The notes under the pieces were generated by a model that made no database searches, was not told the DNA's origin, and was given only the letters and a program-made list of their open reading frames with translations. A DNA stretch of 64,000 bases, from the NCBI RefSeq assembly GCF_006345805.1, contig NC_043001.1, positions 41,850,001 to 41,914,000 of the forward strand, written 5' to 3'. The stretch's first letter is position 1; each line of letters begins with the position of its first letter. Made by a program: the position numbers and the translations under genes. Origin of the DNA: Octopus sinensis (Eukaryota). Below, one piece after another: positions 39,105 through 52,733 of this stretch.

Positions 39105-40080
39105 ATTTATATAAAATATCGAACAACAGGGAATGTTTTTAATCTGACCAGACTGAAATTCAAAATGAAGGTTTTTACATCACTCATTAGGCAACTTTTG
39201 TATACTGACGATTGCGATTTTGTCAGCCATTCTGAAACAAATGCATCAACCCGCATGTGGTGCTGTTTGTAATCCCACTAAAATTTTTGTTAAGGGAATG
39301 ATACTTGAGGCTTTCAATTTGTTCATCTACCTTGAAAGCTCTGTTCAAAATGATGGAAATCTTGGTACAGAAATACAGCTGCAAATTCAAAAGGCAGCAA
39401 AAGCATTTGGTGTCTTGGAGCCATTCACTTGGTACCAGCAACATATAAATAAGAATCCAAAGCCGGCTCTTTACAAATCATTTGGCTTACTATCCCTGTT
39501 GGATGCCTGTGAAGCTTGGACTTGTTATGAAAGGCATTTTAAATTGTTAGAACAATTCCACAAAAATTGTCTTCATCGCATTTTAAAAATTAAATGGAGT
39601 TCTTTTACTCCAAACACAGATAGCCTTGCATTTGCAAGCATCTCCTCAATTAAAGTTATGATTTCGAGGAACCAACTGAGATGGTGTAGCCATATTGTTT
39701 GAATGGCGATGAACGCATGCTGAAACAGCTGTTTTATGGTGAGCTTGCAGAGGGGAAACGCTACCAATGTAAACCTAAAATAAAGGTTTAAGAATGGTAT
39801 AAGGACTACTATGAAGTCACTTGGAATGGTTCCAGAAGATATAGAAACCCGTGCTTCGGGTTGAGTTGGATGGCGAACAAAGATGTGAAGTGGAGTGAAA
39901 GCATTTGAAGAGGCCAGGATAATGTAAGTAAGACTCAAAAGAGATCTAAAGAAGAATGTAACGATTGAGAAAGTGAATGACAATGACCTTTTTGTGTGCA
40001 CAGTATGTGACAGACCACGCCTGTCTTTTGCTGGCCTCAAATCTCATCTGTGAATGCATGGAAAATGAACTTCCACCAAC
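39105..40080 (+). mobile_element. Old RTE-clade LINE fragment
   Basis: LLYTDDCDFV, LLDACEAWTCY, NQLRWCSH motifs with stops. Confidence 0.75.
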
Positions 40081-41079
40081 TATTCTGCCTGTATGTCTGT
40101 GCACACCTTTGAATGCAGTGTATGCTAGAAGGTTTGCAAATCCAACAGAGGCCCCAAAAGACATTTTAATATCCACAAAGAGCAGAACTTATCTGCAGCT
40201 CTTGGTGGTCCAATTTAGAGGTGCAATCTATGTAGGTGTCTTTTCAGAGAACATTACCTGGTTTAAAAAGCCGCATCAGATGCCATGACAGTGCTTAGGT
40301 ACAGGAGGTGGTCAAACTCCGCATAAGGAGTAGACAACCACCATATATGTGTGTGTGTGTGTGTGTATATATATATAGGAGCAGGTGTGGCTGTGTGTTA
40401 AGAAGCTTGCTTTCCAACCACATGGTTCTGAGTTCAGTCCCACTGCGTGGTACTTTGGGTGTCTTCTACTATAGCCTTGGGCTGACCAAAGCCTTGTGAG
40501 TAGATTTGGTAGACAGAAACTGAAAGAAGCCCTTCATGTGTGTGTGTAAAGATATATATATATATATATATGTATATCTGAGTGTGTCTTTGTGTCTGTG
40601 TTTGTCCCCCCACCACTGCTATTTATTGCAATTAATAAAAAATTTGACCTTTTGACCTGTCATCAATTTCAACCATCCTAGAAAAACACTTTATTCTTTC
40701 CTTTCCTCTCAAATCAAGCCACCCAAAAAAACCACACACACACACACACATTCTTACACATGTACACACACACACACACATACACACACGTATATAAATT
40801 CAATATACAAAAGCATATCTCAAATAACCACTGCCAAGGCACCCTCTTTCCAAAACCCAAGAAAACAAATTCAACTCAAGATTTTTTAAAGTTGACTTGC
40901 ATATATATATAAAAGGTATGAATTTTCTATAGAGAAACCCATTCATGATGAATCCCTTAAAGGGCTGCAGGTGCTAATAAACAGATTTTATCCAGTCTCT
41001 GATTACCTTCTTTTTCTTAATATATAAAATCTATACACTTCAAACAAACAATCTCTCCCTCCCTCTATATATATATTTT

Positions 41080-41923
41080 CAAAGAGGTACCCAAAAGTAA
41101 CTGGAAATGTTCTCTGTGGCACAAGTCCATTGTAGTTCGGGTGTCCACTGCTAGAAGCCACTTGATGCAACCTTCAGCTATCAGTCTGTCAACTGGTGGC
41201 ATAGGGTGTATTCCGACTGCCATGTGGTGCAGCTTTGCTTTGCAGTGATGCTCCCCTGTTCGTCAATTTTTGCGATGGCTGAAACAAAGGAACAGCGTGC
41301 TTCCATGAAATTCTGTTTTCTGCTGCAGTGAAAACAGGTGTCATGTTTCAAATAGCTTACAAAGACACTTTCATGAGCAAAACACAAGTTTACAAATGGT
41401 TTTCATGCTTTAGGAATGGTCACTTGTTGCTTGAAGGCCAACTTCATTCAAAGTGACAACATCATTAAAATTCATTAACTGATCTTAGAGGACCATCACT
41501 GAATAATTGACAAACTTGTTGATATGAATGGTGTGTCCTGGAGCACTTGCCAACGAATTCTGAGCAAGGAATTGTGAATGAAAAGAGTAGCAGCAAAATT
41601 TGTGCCTTGCTTGCTTAATGGAAGATCAAGAGCAGTCATGACTGAATGCATGTCATGAACTGAAAGAACAGTTGGGTTGATCCCGACATTGTTTTTGAAG
41701 GTCATCACTGGTGACGAAAGCTGGTGCTATGAATTTACAGATGTGGAAGGGGTGAAGAAAAAAACGACAGAGGCATTAAAAGGCATCACTTTGCAAGAGT
41801 TCCAACATTGGAAAATGCATTGCTTCAAATGGAGAATATTTTGATGGTGATAAAAGTGTAAACATGTAAAACTAAGTAAAATAATATTGCAAAATTTCAG
41901 TTTCTTTTGTGTACCCTCTCCTA
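41080..41923 (+). mobile_element. Mariner (Tc1/mariner) decayed element
   Basis: Imperfect TIRs GAGGTACCCAAAAGTAACTGGAAAT / ATTTCAGTTTCTTTTGTGTACCCTC; EQRASMKFCF and ITGDESWCY motifs. Confidence 0.8.
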
Positions 41924-42419
41924 CACATATATATATAATGCATGTAGATATGTCTATACTACAATGTGTTTTTTTTTTTATATAGAAGTGTGTATGTATA
42001 TATTTTGTATATTGCAGAATAATATGGGGTGTGAAAATGTGTATTCTAGGTGTGTTGTTTGTATGTGAGTGAGATTGTTGTCATATTAATTTCTTCTGTG
42101 GAAGTATGTGGCTGAATATGAAAAGTCGAGAGTTTAAGAATATTATTTCTTAAGTAAAAGGAGACCCTGCAGCCCTCGATGCATTCATAAACGAATTCTT
42201 GTAGAATATGTCCCATCCCTCTTGGAATTATTTTGGTAATTTTTATACTATTTACACAGAACACACACACACATATGGTATGTGTGTGTGTGTGTGTATA
42301 TGTATGTATGAAGTAGTCTCTCATCTGAGAAAGACAGTTCTGTAATTTCATGCTGAACAAATGATTTGTTTATAGTGATCAAATACATTAGCTCATCACC
42401 TCCATCAAATTGACATTGC

Positions 42420-44384
42420 CAGAACAGGTGCATGGTGTACCATATGTCAGATTTTGAACTGATTGCAGAGCAGTGTTTTGTGTTGCAGACAGTGTGTGAG
42501 AGAGAATTATGATATCATTGGAGAGAAACGTGTCCACATGAATGATAGCTAACTTACATTTAATGAGGCTGCAAAGAGAGAGACTTAGAGACATCATTAT
42601 GAAAGGTTGCTAAATGAAGAGAATGAATGGGAGGAGGAGAGTCTGCCAAATGTTGACCCAACAGAGGGACCAACTATCTGAACTGAGAGTACCTTGGTTG
42701 AGAAAGCAATTAAGGGTATGAAGACAGGGAAAGCCCCCGGCCTATCAGGAATCACCGCAGAGATGCTTGAAATATCTGGTGGTGTGGGATACAGTCTAGT
42801 CATCCATATAGTCAATTAGGTGATACATGAAGGAGTCATACCCAATGACTGGTGTAGCAGTACCATAGTCAACTGCTACAAAGGTAAAGGTGACGCATTA
42901 GATATAAGTAATTACAGAGGTATCAAGTTGTTGAGGTAATACAAGTCATGGAGAGGGTCATAGCCCAACTAATTGGGAGAGAGTTAGTTTAGATGAGATG
43001 CAAATTTGGTTTCTGCCAGGGAGAGAAGCACCACTGATGCTATATTTCTGGTAAGATAGTTGAAGGAGAAGTACCTAGCCGAAGATAAACCTCTGTACTT
43101 GGCTTTCGTTGACATGGAGAAAGCCTTTGACAGGGTCCCCTGATCTCTTATCTGGTAGTCAATGCAGAAACTAAGGATAGAGGGGTGGTTAGTGAGAGTT
43201 GTACAAGCCATGTACAGGGATGCTGTCAGTAAGGTGAGGGTTGGCAATGAGTACAGTGAAAAATTCTGGGTAGAGGTTCATCAAAGATCAGTCCTCAGTC
43301 CCCTCTTATTCACCATAGTTTTCCAGGCAATAGCAGAGGAATTCAAGACAGGAATCCACTGGGAGCTCCTCTATGCTGATGACCTTGCTCTAATAGCTGA
43401 ATCACTGCCAGAACTAGAGACGAGGTTTAGGGTGTGGAAGCAAGGACTAGAAAGGCAATAGAGTCAATCAAGCAAAAACCAAATCTCAGTAAGTAAGAAG
43501 GCAGACAAATCACAAATCCCTTCAGGTAGATGGCCCTGCTCAGTCTGTAGAAAAGGCGTTGGTAGAAACTCCCTAAGATGTACCCAGTGTAAGCTATGGA
43601 CACACAAGAGGTGCAGCAATATCAAAGGAGAGCTAACTGGGAAGATAGTTTTTGTATGTAGCAAATGTACAGGGGCAATAAACACTGAAAATGTGCCGAA
43701 AACAGCTTCTGTCACATCCCAGGGGAAAAACTAGAAGTAGTTGATAGCTTCCATTTCCTAGGTGACTAAGACAGTAGCTGGGGTGGATGCTCTGAGAGCG
43801 TAGCTGCTAGAATAAGAATAGCCTGGGCAAAGTTCAGAGAGCTCCTACCTCTGCTAGTTACAAAGGGCCTCTCACTCAGAATGAAAGGTAGACTTAAGAG
43901 TAGTCTTCAATCATTGGGCAATAAACTGTGCTTGAGAAGACCTGTTGAATCAAGTAAAATCATTATTGTGGCTGATGCCAGTACTGCTTAACTGGCACCT
44001 GTGTTGGTGGCATGTAAAAAGCAACATTTGAGCATGGTCAATGCCAGTCCCACCAGACTGGCCCCCATACTGGTAGCATGTAAAATTCACCATACGAATG
44101 TGGTCGATGCCAGTGCTGCCTGACTGGCTCTTGTGCTGGTGACATGTAAAAAGCAACATTTGAGTGTGGTCGATGCTAGTGCCACCTGACTGGCCCTCAT
44201 GCCAGTGGTACATAAAAAGCACCCACTACACTCTCGGAGTAGTTGGTGTTAGGAAGGGCATCTAGCTGTAGAAACATTGCCAGATCAGACTGGAGATTGG
44301 TGCAGCCTTCTGGCTTGCCAGTCCTCAGTCAAACTTTTCAACACATGCCCACATGGAAAGCAGACGTTAACTGATGATGATGAT
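42420..44384 (+). mobile_element. RTE LINE copy 4, older and degenerate
   Basis: RT motifs with many stops; degenerate 3'UTR repeats; GATGATGAT tail. Confidence 0.88.
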
Positions 44385-45189
44385 ATAAAAGAAAAAGGGG
44401 ATTGAAAAATCCAGGCAGATATCAATAAAGCACTCAATTTTAATCAAGTTTGGTTAACTATATCAAACAATCAGACACCAATAAATGCAAGTAGAATATA
44501 CATCCAAGGTAATTCCTCATGTATGATGAGTAGACCGAAATATCATTTACAAGAATTTCAGAGTATTAGACAACAAAAATTCAAATAGAGAAAATCACAT
44601 CTTTAATTGTTGAATTCAGCATATAAAGCCGACAATCATGTCTGTTGTATCATTCAAATTAATATATCTGAAAATATATGCCAACATAATGTTTTTAAGG
44701 TAAATTAAAAAAAATCATCATCATTTAGCAACCATTTTCCATGCTGGCATGGTTAGATGGTTTCACTGGAATTGCTAAGCTGGAGAGCTGCACCAGGCTC
44801 CAATCTCTTTGGCTTGGTTTCTACAGCTAACTGCCCTTCCTAATGCTAACCACTCTATTGTGTAGTGGGTGCCGTTTACAAGTCATGACTATTTCACTTG
44901 GCTTGACACGTCTTCTCAAGCACTGCAAATTGCTGAAGATCTCAGTTACTTGTCAGTCTCAATGAGACTAAACATCCAAAGATCATACATCAACACCTCA
45001 TCCCATGTATTCCTGGGTTGACCTCTTTCACAAAAAGTATCCGACTGTGTTTTTCCTCACCTAAACTAATGCTGTCTAGGCATAATCCTTTGGGTGGGAG
45101 GTGACACCACTTTTCCTGTATATGCTTGAAAGCTTTTGAGGTCTGTAGGCTGTGTCAGTTCCTGGCTGTTATGCCTAGAGTACAGATAT

Positions 45190-45905
45190 CTAGTGTACAC
45201 TCAATGGATTTTCATTTTCACCTAATGCACTGAACAGAGATACTGCATTAAACTTTACTAAAAGCTTGGTGGTGCTTAAGCTCAAACCTTCCAGAAGACC
45301 CAGTAAACCTTTGGCGATGATGTCATGGGAAAAACTCAGATCAAGGAGTGGTACAATTGCTTTAAACATGATCACACCTTAGTAGAGAGCAAGGCAGGCC
45401 ATCCACAAGCTGAAACAAGGAGCCAATTGAGAAGGTGGCAAATAGTCGTGGAAGACTTGCGTAACAATCCAGGAAATTGCTCAAAAAGTGGGGAATAAGT
45501 ACAAGATCAGTGTTATTCTAATTTAATGGAGGATTCGTGCATGCAGAAAATGCCAGCAGAATTCATCCCCTAGGTGCTGGCAGAGCAGCTGAAGCAACTT
45601 CGCATGGAAATCAATCAGGACATGCTGAACTGTGCAAAGCACAACCCAGACTTCATGAAGACCATTATCACTAGTGATGAGACATGGATTTATGGTCTCT
45701 GCTCAATGTGCTTGGTTATCTTACCTGAAAACAAAAATCTGATTAGCATACACTATATGCCTGTACTATAAGTGTAATGGTCGGTAACTGACACAGCCTA
45801 CTGGTGTGAAAATTTTCAAGCATGCACAAGAAAGCTGGTGTAATCTCCACCCAAAGGATTTTGCCTATGTGGCATTAGTTTTGACAGGGAAAAATAAAGT
45901 TGGAT
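45190..45905 (+). mobile_element. Mariner fragment
   Basis: DFMKTIITSDETWIYG motif and preceding HTH-like remnants. Confidence 0.7.
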
Positions 45906-46189
45906 ACTTTTAGAACACACACACATATATGTATATATGTGCGTGAATGCAGAAGACTTGAGAAAACTGGAAATAAACGGAGTATGCTTCATTGGATGTG
46001 CAATGTATGATGACTGAGCTTGTTTGGTTACATGAGGTATATGGATGAAGATAGCTGTATTAAGATGAACTGATCACTTAATGTGGTTGGAACCAGCAGA
46101 ACAGAGAGAACTAGGAATACATGGAATGAAGGTTGATCTAAGGACCTCAGAGAAGAGAAGACAAATATAAGGGATAGCTGGCAATATGC

Positions 46190-46750
46190 AATTCTCAAGA
46201 CCCATCCAACTCGGTGTAACTGAGGTTTGGAACTCTGCTATAGAGACATTGAGCATGCTTTGGCAAACTTATGGTAACAAGGCAATTGGTCGCATGCAAT
46301 GTTGCAAATGGCCAGGGCTCTTTGAAAGTAGAATGTCCCTGGAAGATGATGAGCAATCTAGAAGACATATCACAAGCATCACCCCCAGGAATGTGGTATT
46401 ATGCATTGAGAATCCATCCCCCAAGGTCAGACCTTCAATCTAGAGTTCTGCTGCAACATTTTGAAGCATTTGGTGAAAGTGATCAGATCTGTGGAACATG
46501 AAGAATAGGATTCTTCACCAAGTTCATGTGATTCACAAGTTTCTCACCGAAAGCAACATGGTATCACTTCCACATCTGCTCTATTTGCCAGATTTAGCAC
46601 CTGCAGACATCCCTAAGATGAAAATACAGCTCAAAGGTCACTGTTGCCAAGATTTAGAGTGAATTACAAAAGGTTCTTGATTTGTTTACAGAAAACAATT
46701 TCCAGGCCAGACTCCAAAAGTGGCAGGAACACTGGGACCGGTGTATTGGT
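46190..46750 (+). mobile_element. Mariner fragment
   Basis: MSLEDDEQSRR and PDLAPAD..PKMK-like remnants. Confidence 0.6.
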
Positions 46751-46789
46751 CAGTTTCCTCCCAAAGACATCCCCATCACATTTCATCTT

Positions 46790-47620
46790 ACTAACTGTAG
46801 CTTTTCCTTGATATTTATCCATCATTCTCTCCACCTATAATTGACACTGACTCCATCCCTGAACCTTAAAATCATCTACAAATTTCTCTGCAACTAGCCA
46901 TGTGATATTTGCTTCTTTCATGTTGGTTTCCAATGTTTGGCACCATGTAGTTTTTGTCAACCTCTTTCTTTTTCACCTCCAGTGGTGTCTATTTGAAAGC
47001 TGTTTTAGAATAGTGTTGTTCTGGTAACTAGAGTATGTGACCTGCTAGTTTTAATCTTCAATCAGTGATGATTTCACATAGTGGACTTATATTGACTCTC
47101 TTTAGAATGCCTTCATTGGTTATGTGGTCTTGTCAGTACATTCTCAGAATCCTTCTCAAGCATCTTTGATGGAGCACATCTAGCTTTGTGTCAAATTTCA
47201 CAATGCTTTCCATGTTTCGCTAGCATAAATGTTGGTAGAACTATGTGTAAGTTGATGGTACTGGAGGACCAAATAGCATGCATTCTCTGGAATATGGCCA
47301 TGGCTTTGCCAATTCCATGGTTAAGGTTAGTTTCAATATTGCCATTGTTACTGATGATGCTACCAAGATAGGGGAATTTGCCTACTGTCTTGATATTTTG
47401 CTAAGTGATCTGTATGATTGTTGATGCTTGACAGTCATCATTTGTAATATTCCTTGTTTTGATCGTCTCCACATTGATTCTCAGACCAATCTTTCCTGCA
47501 TTCTGTTCTAGTTCTAATGTGAGATCCTGTAGATTTTTATTATCTTCACCCAGCAAGACAATGTCATCAGTAAATTCCAAAATCTAAACCATCAACACAA
47601 ACCTCTTTAATAAGATAAGG
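46790..47620 (-). mobile_element. Old RTE-like LINE fragment
   Basis: DLEFTDDIVLL...KIGLRINV on the minus strand near 47500-47590. Confidence 0.65.
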
Positions 47621-48272
47621 TAGTGGTGAGGTAGATAGTTGGTATAACAACATCCGTTGAGTTGGTATGGAAGCAGAAAAGACAGATAAACAAGCATAAA
47701 AAGTGTATTTACATGAATGGTTGCATGTACAATTTAATTGATGATTGATGTCATAACTATGTAATATTTTGCAATGAGATCCAACAATATTAAAGGTATA
47801 GAGACAGGCAAGGATTTTGAGAGACCTGTAGGGTAAAGTCATTTTATCATCATCAGAAGACACTAGCAAATAGCTTAGTGGAAAACAGTGTTAATATAAT
47901 TCAATAAGAAAAAAAGATAAGAGTATACTACTCTTATCTTTCTGTATTGCATTTATATATATATTTATAAGCACTGTTCTCTACTAAGCGATTTGCCAGT
48001 GATTTCTGATGAGAGTAACAGGACCTAATCCCCATGAGTCTCTCAAAATTCATACCTCTCTATGCACCTACAATATTGTTGGACCTCATTAACATTACAC
48101 ATGGTTATAGCATTAATTATCTAAATCAGTTGTAAAGGTAGGACTTGATTACATCATTTAATTATATATGCAACTTTCCATGTGAATACAATCATTATAA
48201 CTACTATTATTTGTCTGTCTTTTCTGCTTTTGAATATATATGTGTGTGTGTGTGTGTAAATACACACACACA

Positions 48273-48605
48273 AAGGCACATAGCTCAGTGGTTAAGGCAT
48301 TGGACTCACAATTATGAGAAAGTGAGTTCAATTCCTGGACTGGGCTGTGTGTTGTGCTCTTGAGCAAGACACTTTATTTCATGTTGCTCCAGTTCACTCA
48401 GCTGTAGAAATGAGTTGCGATGTCACTGGTGCCAAGCTGTATCAGCCTTTGCCTTTCTCTTGGATAACATCAGAGAAGGGAGGCTGGTATGCATGGACAA
48501 CTGCTGGTCTTCCATAAACCTTGCCTGGACCTATACCTTGGATTCTAACTTTCTAAGTGCAATCCCATGGCCATTCATGACCAAAGAGGGCCTTTACCCT
48601 TTTAT
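48273..48605 (+). mobile_element. tRNA-derived SINE with conserved central domain
   Basis: TAGCTCAGTGG A-box, GAGTTCAATTCC B-box, then GTGTTGTG(C)TCTTGAGCAAGACACTTT core. Confidence 0.72.
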
Positions 48606-49329
48606 ATATACATATTCCACAACTTTATCATTTGGTACAAATGTTCCTGTAACCACTCCATTTCTAACAACATGGCATGTAAAGGAATTTGTGTAAAAAG
48701 CCACACGATATGCATGCTTGAATATATAGGAGTGACACCAGGGAAGGAACCGAGTAATTTGTGTGTGTGTATGTATATATATATGAGAGGTATCGGTATC
48801 TAGAAGTCCCAAAGAGTGGCAGGTAATGCTAAGTAAGTGCTGTGGACAGACCGTAGTTAAACTGAGTGAGGAGTCTAATGTGGGTCACTTTTTCCTTATA
48901 AATGTCCTGGAAACTATTCACATATGCATCAATATATTTTGTCATTCAAAATAATAGTTGATTCATTTCATTGTGAGCCACTAGACAAATGTTGGTGTAC
49001 TGTATTTAGAAATCTTAGAGTTCATGATTTATAGTAAAGTTAAGAAAACCATCACACATTCTATATTTGCCATTTTGACTTTATAATAAGTTTGAGAGCT
49101 GTGGCCATGCTGGGGTGCCAAAGTGAACATATTAATCTATCTCACCAAAGAAGAGATCTTATCTTGAGTGATAAGTGGACTTTGAATTTATCAGAAGTTT
49201 TTCAGAAATCACAATATATTTTTTTGTTGTTAACTACAGGGTATTGCATGTCTGAAGCTTCCTATTATGAAAGCTCAACTTGCTTTTAGTCAACACAGAT
49301 AGATGATTGTTGGAAAGCTTTGATAGCCA

Positions 49330-50790
49330 AATCTGCCTGATTTCATGCAGATAAAATATTGCCCAATCTGGGAGTCATGCCTGAAAACAAAGCCAAATTT
49401 GAAGTAACTTACTATGCTAGTCTAAAAATAGCAATAGAAAAGGAACTACATACATTTGGGAAGAACTTGAGTAATCATGTGCTATGGCTGGACTCATTTG
49501 TAGAAAAGAAAGTTGGAAAATTTCATTATCAAACAATATAGTATGATCTCATCTAGGTGAGATGTCACAGAGCCTGGTAAATCAAACAGTGGATGAAATT
49601 TGTGCAAATCTATAACAATCATTTGCTAATTGGAAGAATCAACTGATGTTGAACTCAGCATGATTGTTATGGTCATTGAGGACAGTTGACAGAACAGTTC
49701 TAGATATGTGAAAATTTGGAGAGACAACAAATGCAGTGGGCATTCTGAACAAAATAGATAATTTCCTTAAGCAGAAAAAATTTTCATTGAATAATGTGGG
49801 TTTGTAGTACACGGGTGGGATTCTTGCTATGATTGGTGCTACGTTTGTATTTACAAAACTTGTGAAAGACTACTACACGTTTTCTTCCCATTGTGTCCTT
49901 CGACATGTACTGATAAGAAAACATTTCCAGATTACTGGAAATTTATTTTGCAGTATGTAACTGAAAGTCTGGATTTTATTAGAGCACGAATTTTCAATTA
50001 TGTTTATAAAATTGTGACCAAGTGGGATGAAAACATGCTATCCTTCTCTACCACACTGAGGTGCGATTGCTCGAGAGGGCTTGTTTCGTCTTGGGTTTTC
50101 GAAGTATGGAGTGAATTGGAGATTTTTTTTTTGAGAATGGAAACCAGATTTTATAACAAATTTAATGGAATATTATCTTACTTGACAGATAGCTTTTACA
50201 TTTAAATCAGTTCAATATTCAAACACAAGAAAGGAGCGGTACCGTTATTGCTACATGAAACAAATTCTGGTGAAATTAGTTCTGTGGAGTAGTAGGATTC
50301 AGAGCAGCAATCATGCAGATTTTACTAAATCCAGGAGGCAGGTGAACGAAACAATATTTCAATACTTGACGTTGAAATATGTCAGTTTCTGACTGCTTTA
50401 AAAAAAAATTCTACGATTATTTTGATAATATTATTACCTCTCAGATAATTTCATTAGCAAATGAGAAAACATTTATAATGACTCGTGTTAAGACTGATCT
50501 TCAATACTCTACAATTCGTCGTGACAAATTTAATACTTGCAATAGGTACTTTTCAAGTGAAGGTTAGGATTAACTGAAGAATTTTCTCCATAGATAAAGC
50601 AGGTTTTTGAAATCACCCAACCAAATGCAACTATTTGTGTCAGGCTCCTTGACATCGGTGACCCTCAAAAACAACATGAGCCTTACTTTCAAACACTACA
50701 ATAGGGTTACGTAGATGAAAGCAACAAGGCCTTCATTGACTAATATTGTCTGGTTCAGGTATCTGTGCATCCCCATAATGAAGTGAAACG
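49330..50790 (+). mobile_element. hAT (Charlie/Buster-type) transposase fossil
   Basis: Frameshifted YHTEVR(W)LSRG..L..VFE-like and HCVL.H-like motifs near 49890-50130. Confidence 0.7.
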
Positions 50791-51023
50791 AGAGGTGATT
50801 AAATTTATCATTGAAAAGTTTCCTGGGGGGCGGAGAATAAAAAGGAAAAGGTTCGGATCCTCAGTTGTACAGTTTGTGTTCCTACAACATACACATGTGC
50901 GTGTACATATACAACACTAACACCTATATATTTATATACATTCGTATTAATATATGCATACAAACACTTACATACACATTTGCACACACACAATCGTTTG
51001 AGTTTATTTATATATATATATAT

Positions 51024-51086
<63 letters not shown>

Positions 51087-51550
51087 ATGATCATGTCACA
51101 TCTGCATTAGATCATTTATGCAAAATTCATAACTGTTTATACGCTGGCTTTTCTTTATCTTCAACATATATGCAAAAGAAATTTAAAAAAAAATTGGAAA
51201 GAGTATTCCGATATAATGAAAGTGATAAACAATATAGTGATCTAAATAATCAGCTAAATATTCATTTGTAGGTAAAATTTCAGTTCGTGTATTCTGATTT
51301 CGTTGAATATTTTTGGATAATGAAAAATTGAGAATATATGCACTCCTGACAGCTACACATACAATTGACAATGAGTACACATATACCTAAATTTAGTCAT
51401 TAGATATACATATACGATGTGCGAGGTTCAGTAGACCATATAAATAAACATAAATATATATATATACACATATGCATAGATTTAAAATATAGAAAAACAT
51501 AAAGTGTAAGCTTGGAGAAAATTCTCAATGTATTTTATTTGTTTTCTTAC

Positions 51551-51743
51551 CAGTGGTTCGCTGCTGTTGCTGCTGCTGCGCTGGAAAAGCCTGGCCTCCA
51601 TTTTGCCTCTTCCATCCTCTCCAGTTGTTGCACAGACTCTCGGGCTCGCTGTTCCACGAGCACAGAGAATCCTCCTCGAAACGGTCACTGTCATCAAATG
51701 AGATATGATCGGCTTCCGTCTCCCAGTCAAACATAAAGTGCAT
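51551..51743 (-). CDS. ZSWIM8: ZSWIM8 coding exon 1 (SWIM-type zinc finger 8, Cullin-RING substrate adaptor)
   Basis: MHFMFDWETEADHISFDDSDRFEEDSLCSWNSEPESLCNNWRGW matches the conserved ZSWIM8 N-terminus as recalled (MELMF..SFEDSDRFEEDSLCS..ESLC.NWRGW). ATG at 51743; GTAAG donor after 51551; phase 1. Confidence 0.9.
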
Positions 51744-52628
51744 ACTTTGGTGGACCCGAGAGTAGAGGGTGTTGTAGTTTATAGACGTCAAGTTACGAAT
51801 GTAGAGGATGACTTTCTCGGATATTCCCCCCCTGGAGAATGCTTACCAGGTAGCCAGCCTCTCTTATAGGAGGCTGTGAGTGAATGATGACTGTGTTAAT
51901 GTATATCACAGGTCGATATTATTTAGATTAAAAATAGTATCTATAAATAGAGTGAGATAGAAAAAGATAAAACTGGTTATAGAGAAAAACAGATGTCAAA
52001 TTAAGATAATAGAGGGTTTTAGCTAAGTTTCTTAAAGTCGGTGCCCGTAGTTTGAACCATTAATCTTGTTTAACAAAAAATTGGTTTTGATATGGGTCAC
52101 ACAGTAGGCCTATGAAGTTGCAATACTTAAATATGTGGTTAGCAAAACATACATTACAGAGAGGAAGAGAGAGAGAGAGAGACAGACAGAGAGAGAGAGA
52201 GAGAGAGAAAGAGGGAGCGCACTACACGAATATACAAAGGAACACTGACTTCTTGAAATACAAAGCGAAGGTTTACTTCAGCTAAGTTTATCTTCGCTTC
52301 GTCAATCAGCAGACAAATTTTACTAGACAGAAACACTGATAATCAATGGATGTTAAAGGAAGAAATGATATAACACGAATAAACTAGATGATAAGCCATA
52401 ATTTTGTCCCGAAGCAAAGCGTTGCGTGATGGTAAAATGTTTAGCAAATAAAAGGGGAACTAGTATCTTTCTCACTCACAATAACAACACTATTCCAAAT
52501 GCATCGAGTGACTTCGGTAGCAATCGGTAAATTTTTCGGTATATTTCGGGGAAAAAAAAGATAAACGCACTCTAGCTTCTTTTACTCTTACTCCTACTAT
52601 CCCCAACCCACCTTTTTTTTCTCATCAA

Positions 52629-52636
52629 ACCGGAAG
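52629..52636 (+). promoter_or_regulatory. ETS/GABP-like site (ACCGGAAG) in the RPS14/ZSWIM8 divergent promoter
   Basis: Exact CCGGAAG core ~70 nt upstream of the TOP tract; such sites are common in RP-gene and bidirectional promoters. Motif match only. Confidence 0.45.
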
Positions 52637-52700
52637 ATGACAAAATCTCACTTTCTGACGAGATTTACAGGACCTCGTAAGTTCTCGTTCTCATCTACTA

Positions 52701-52733
52701 CTTCCTTTTGAGTCTTAGTCATATTGGTATAAG
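52701..52733 (+). other. RPS14: RPS14 non-coding first exon with 5'TOP/TCT-type start (TSS approximate)
   Basis: CTTCCTTTT pyrimidine tract, then a short exon ending AAG|GTATGT donor (52734). This is the typical ribosomal-protein gene architecture, upstream of an exon starting cag|A ATG. Confidence 0.7.

Noticed and set aside
51744-51791. N-terminal extension of ZSWIM8 from the ORF track (MTSINY...)
   Set aside because: It starts at a TTG; homology begins at the ATG at 51743.
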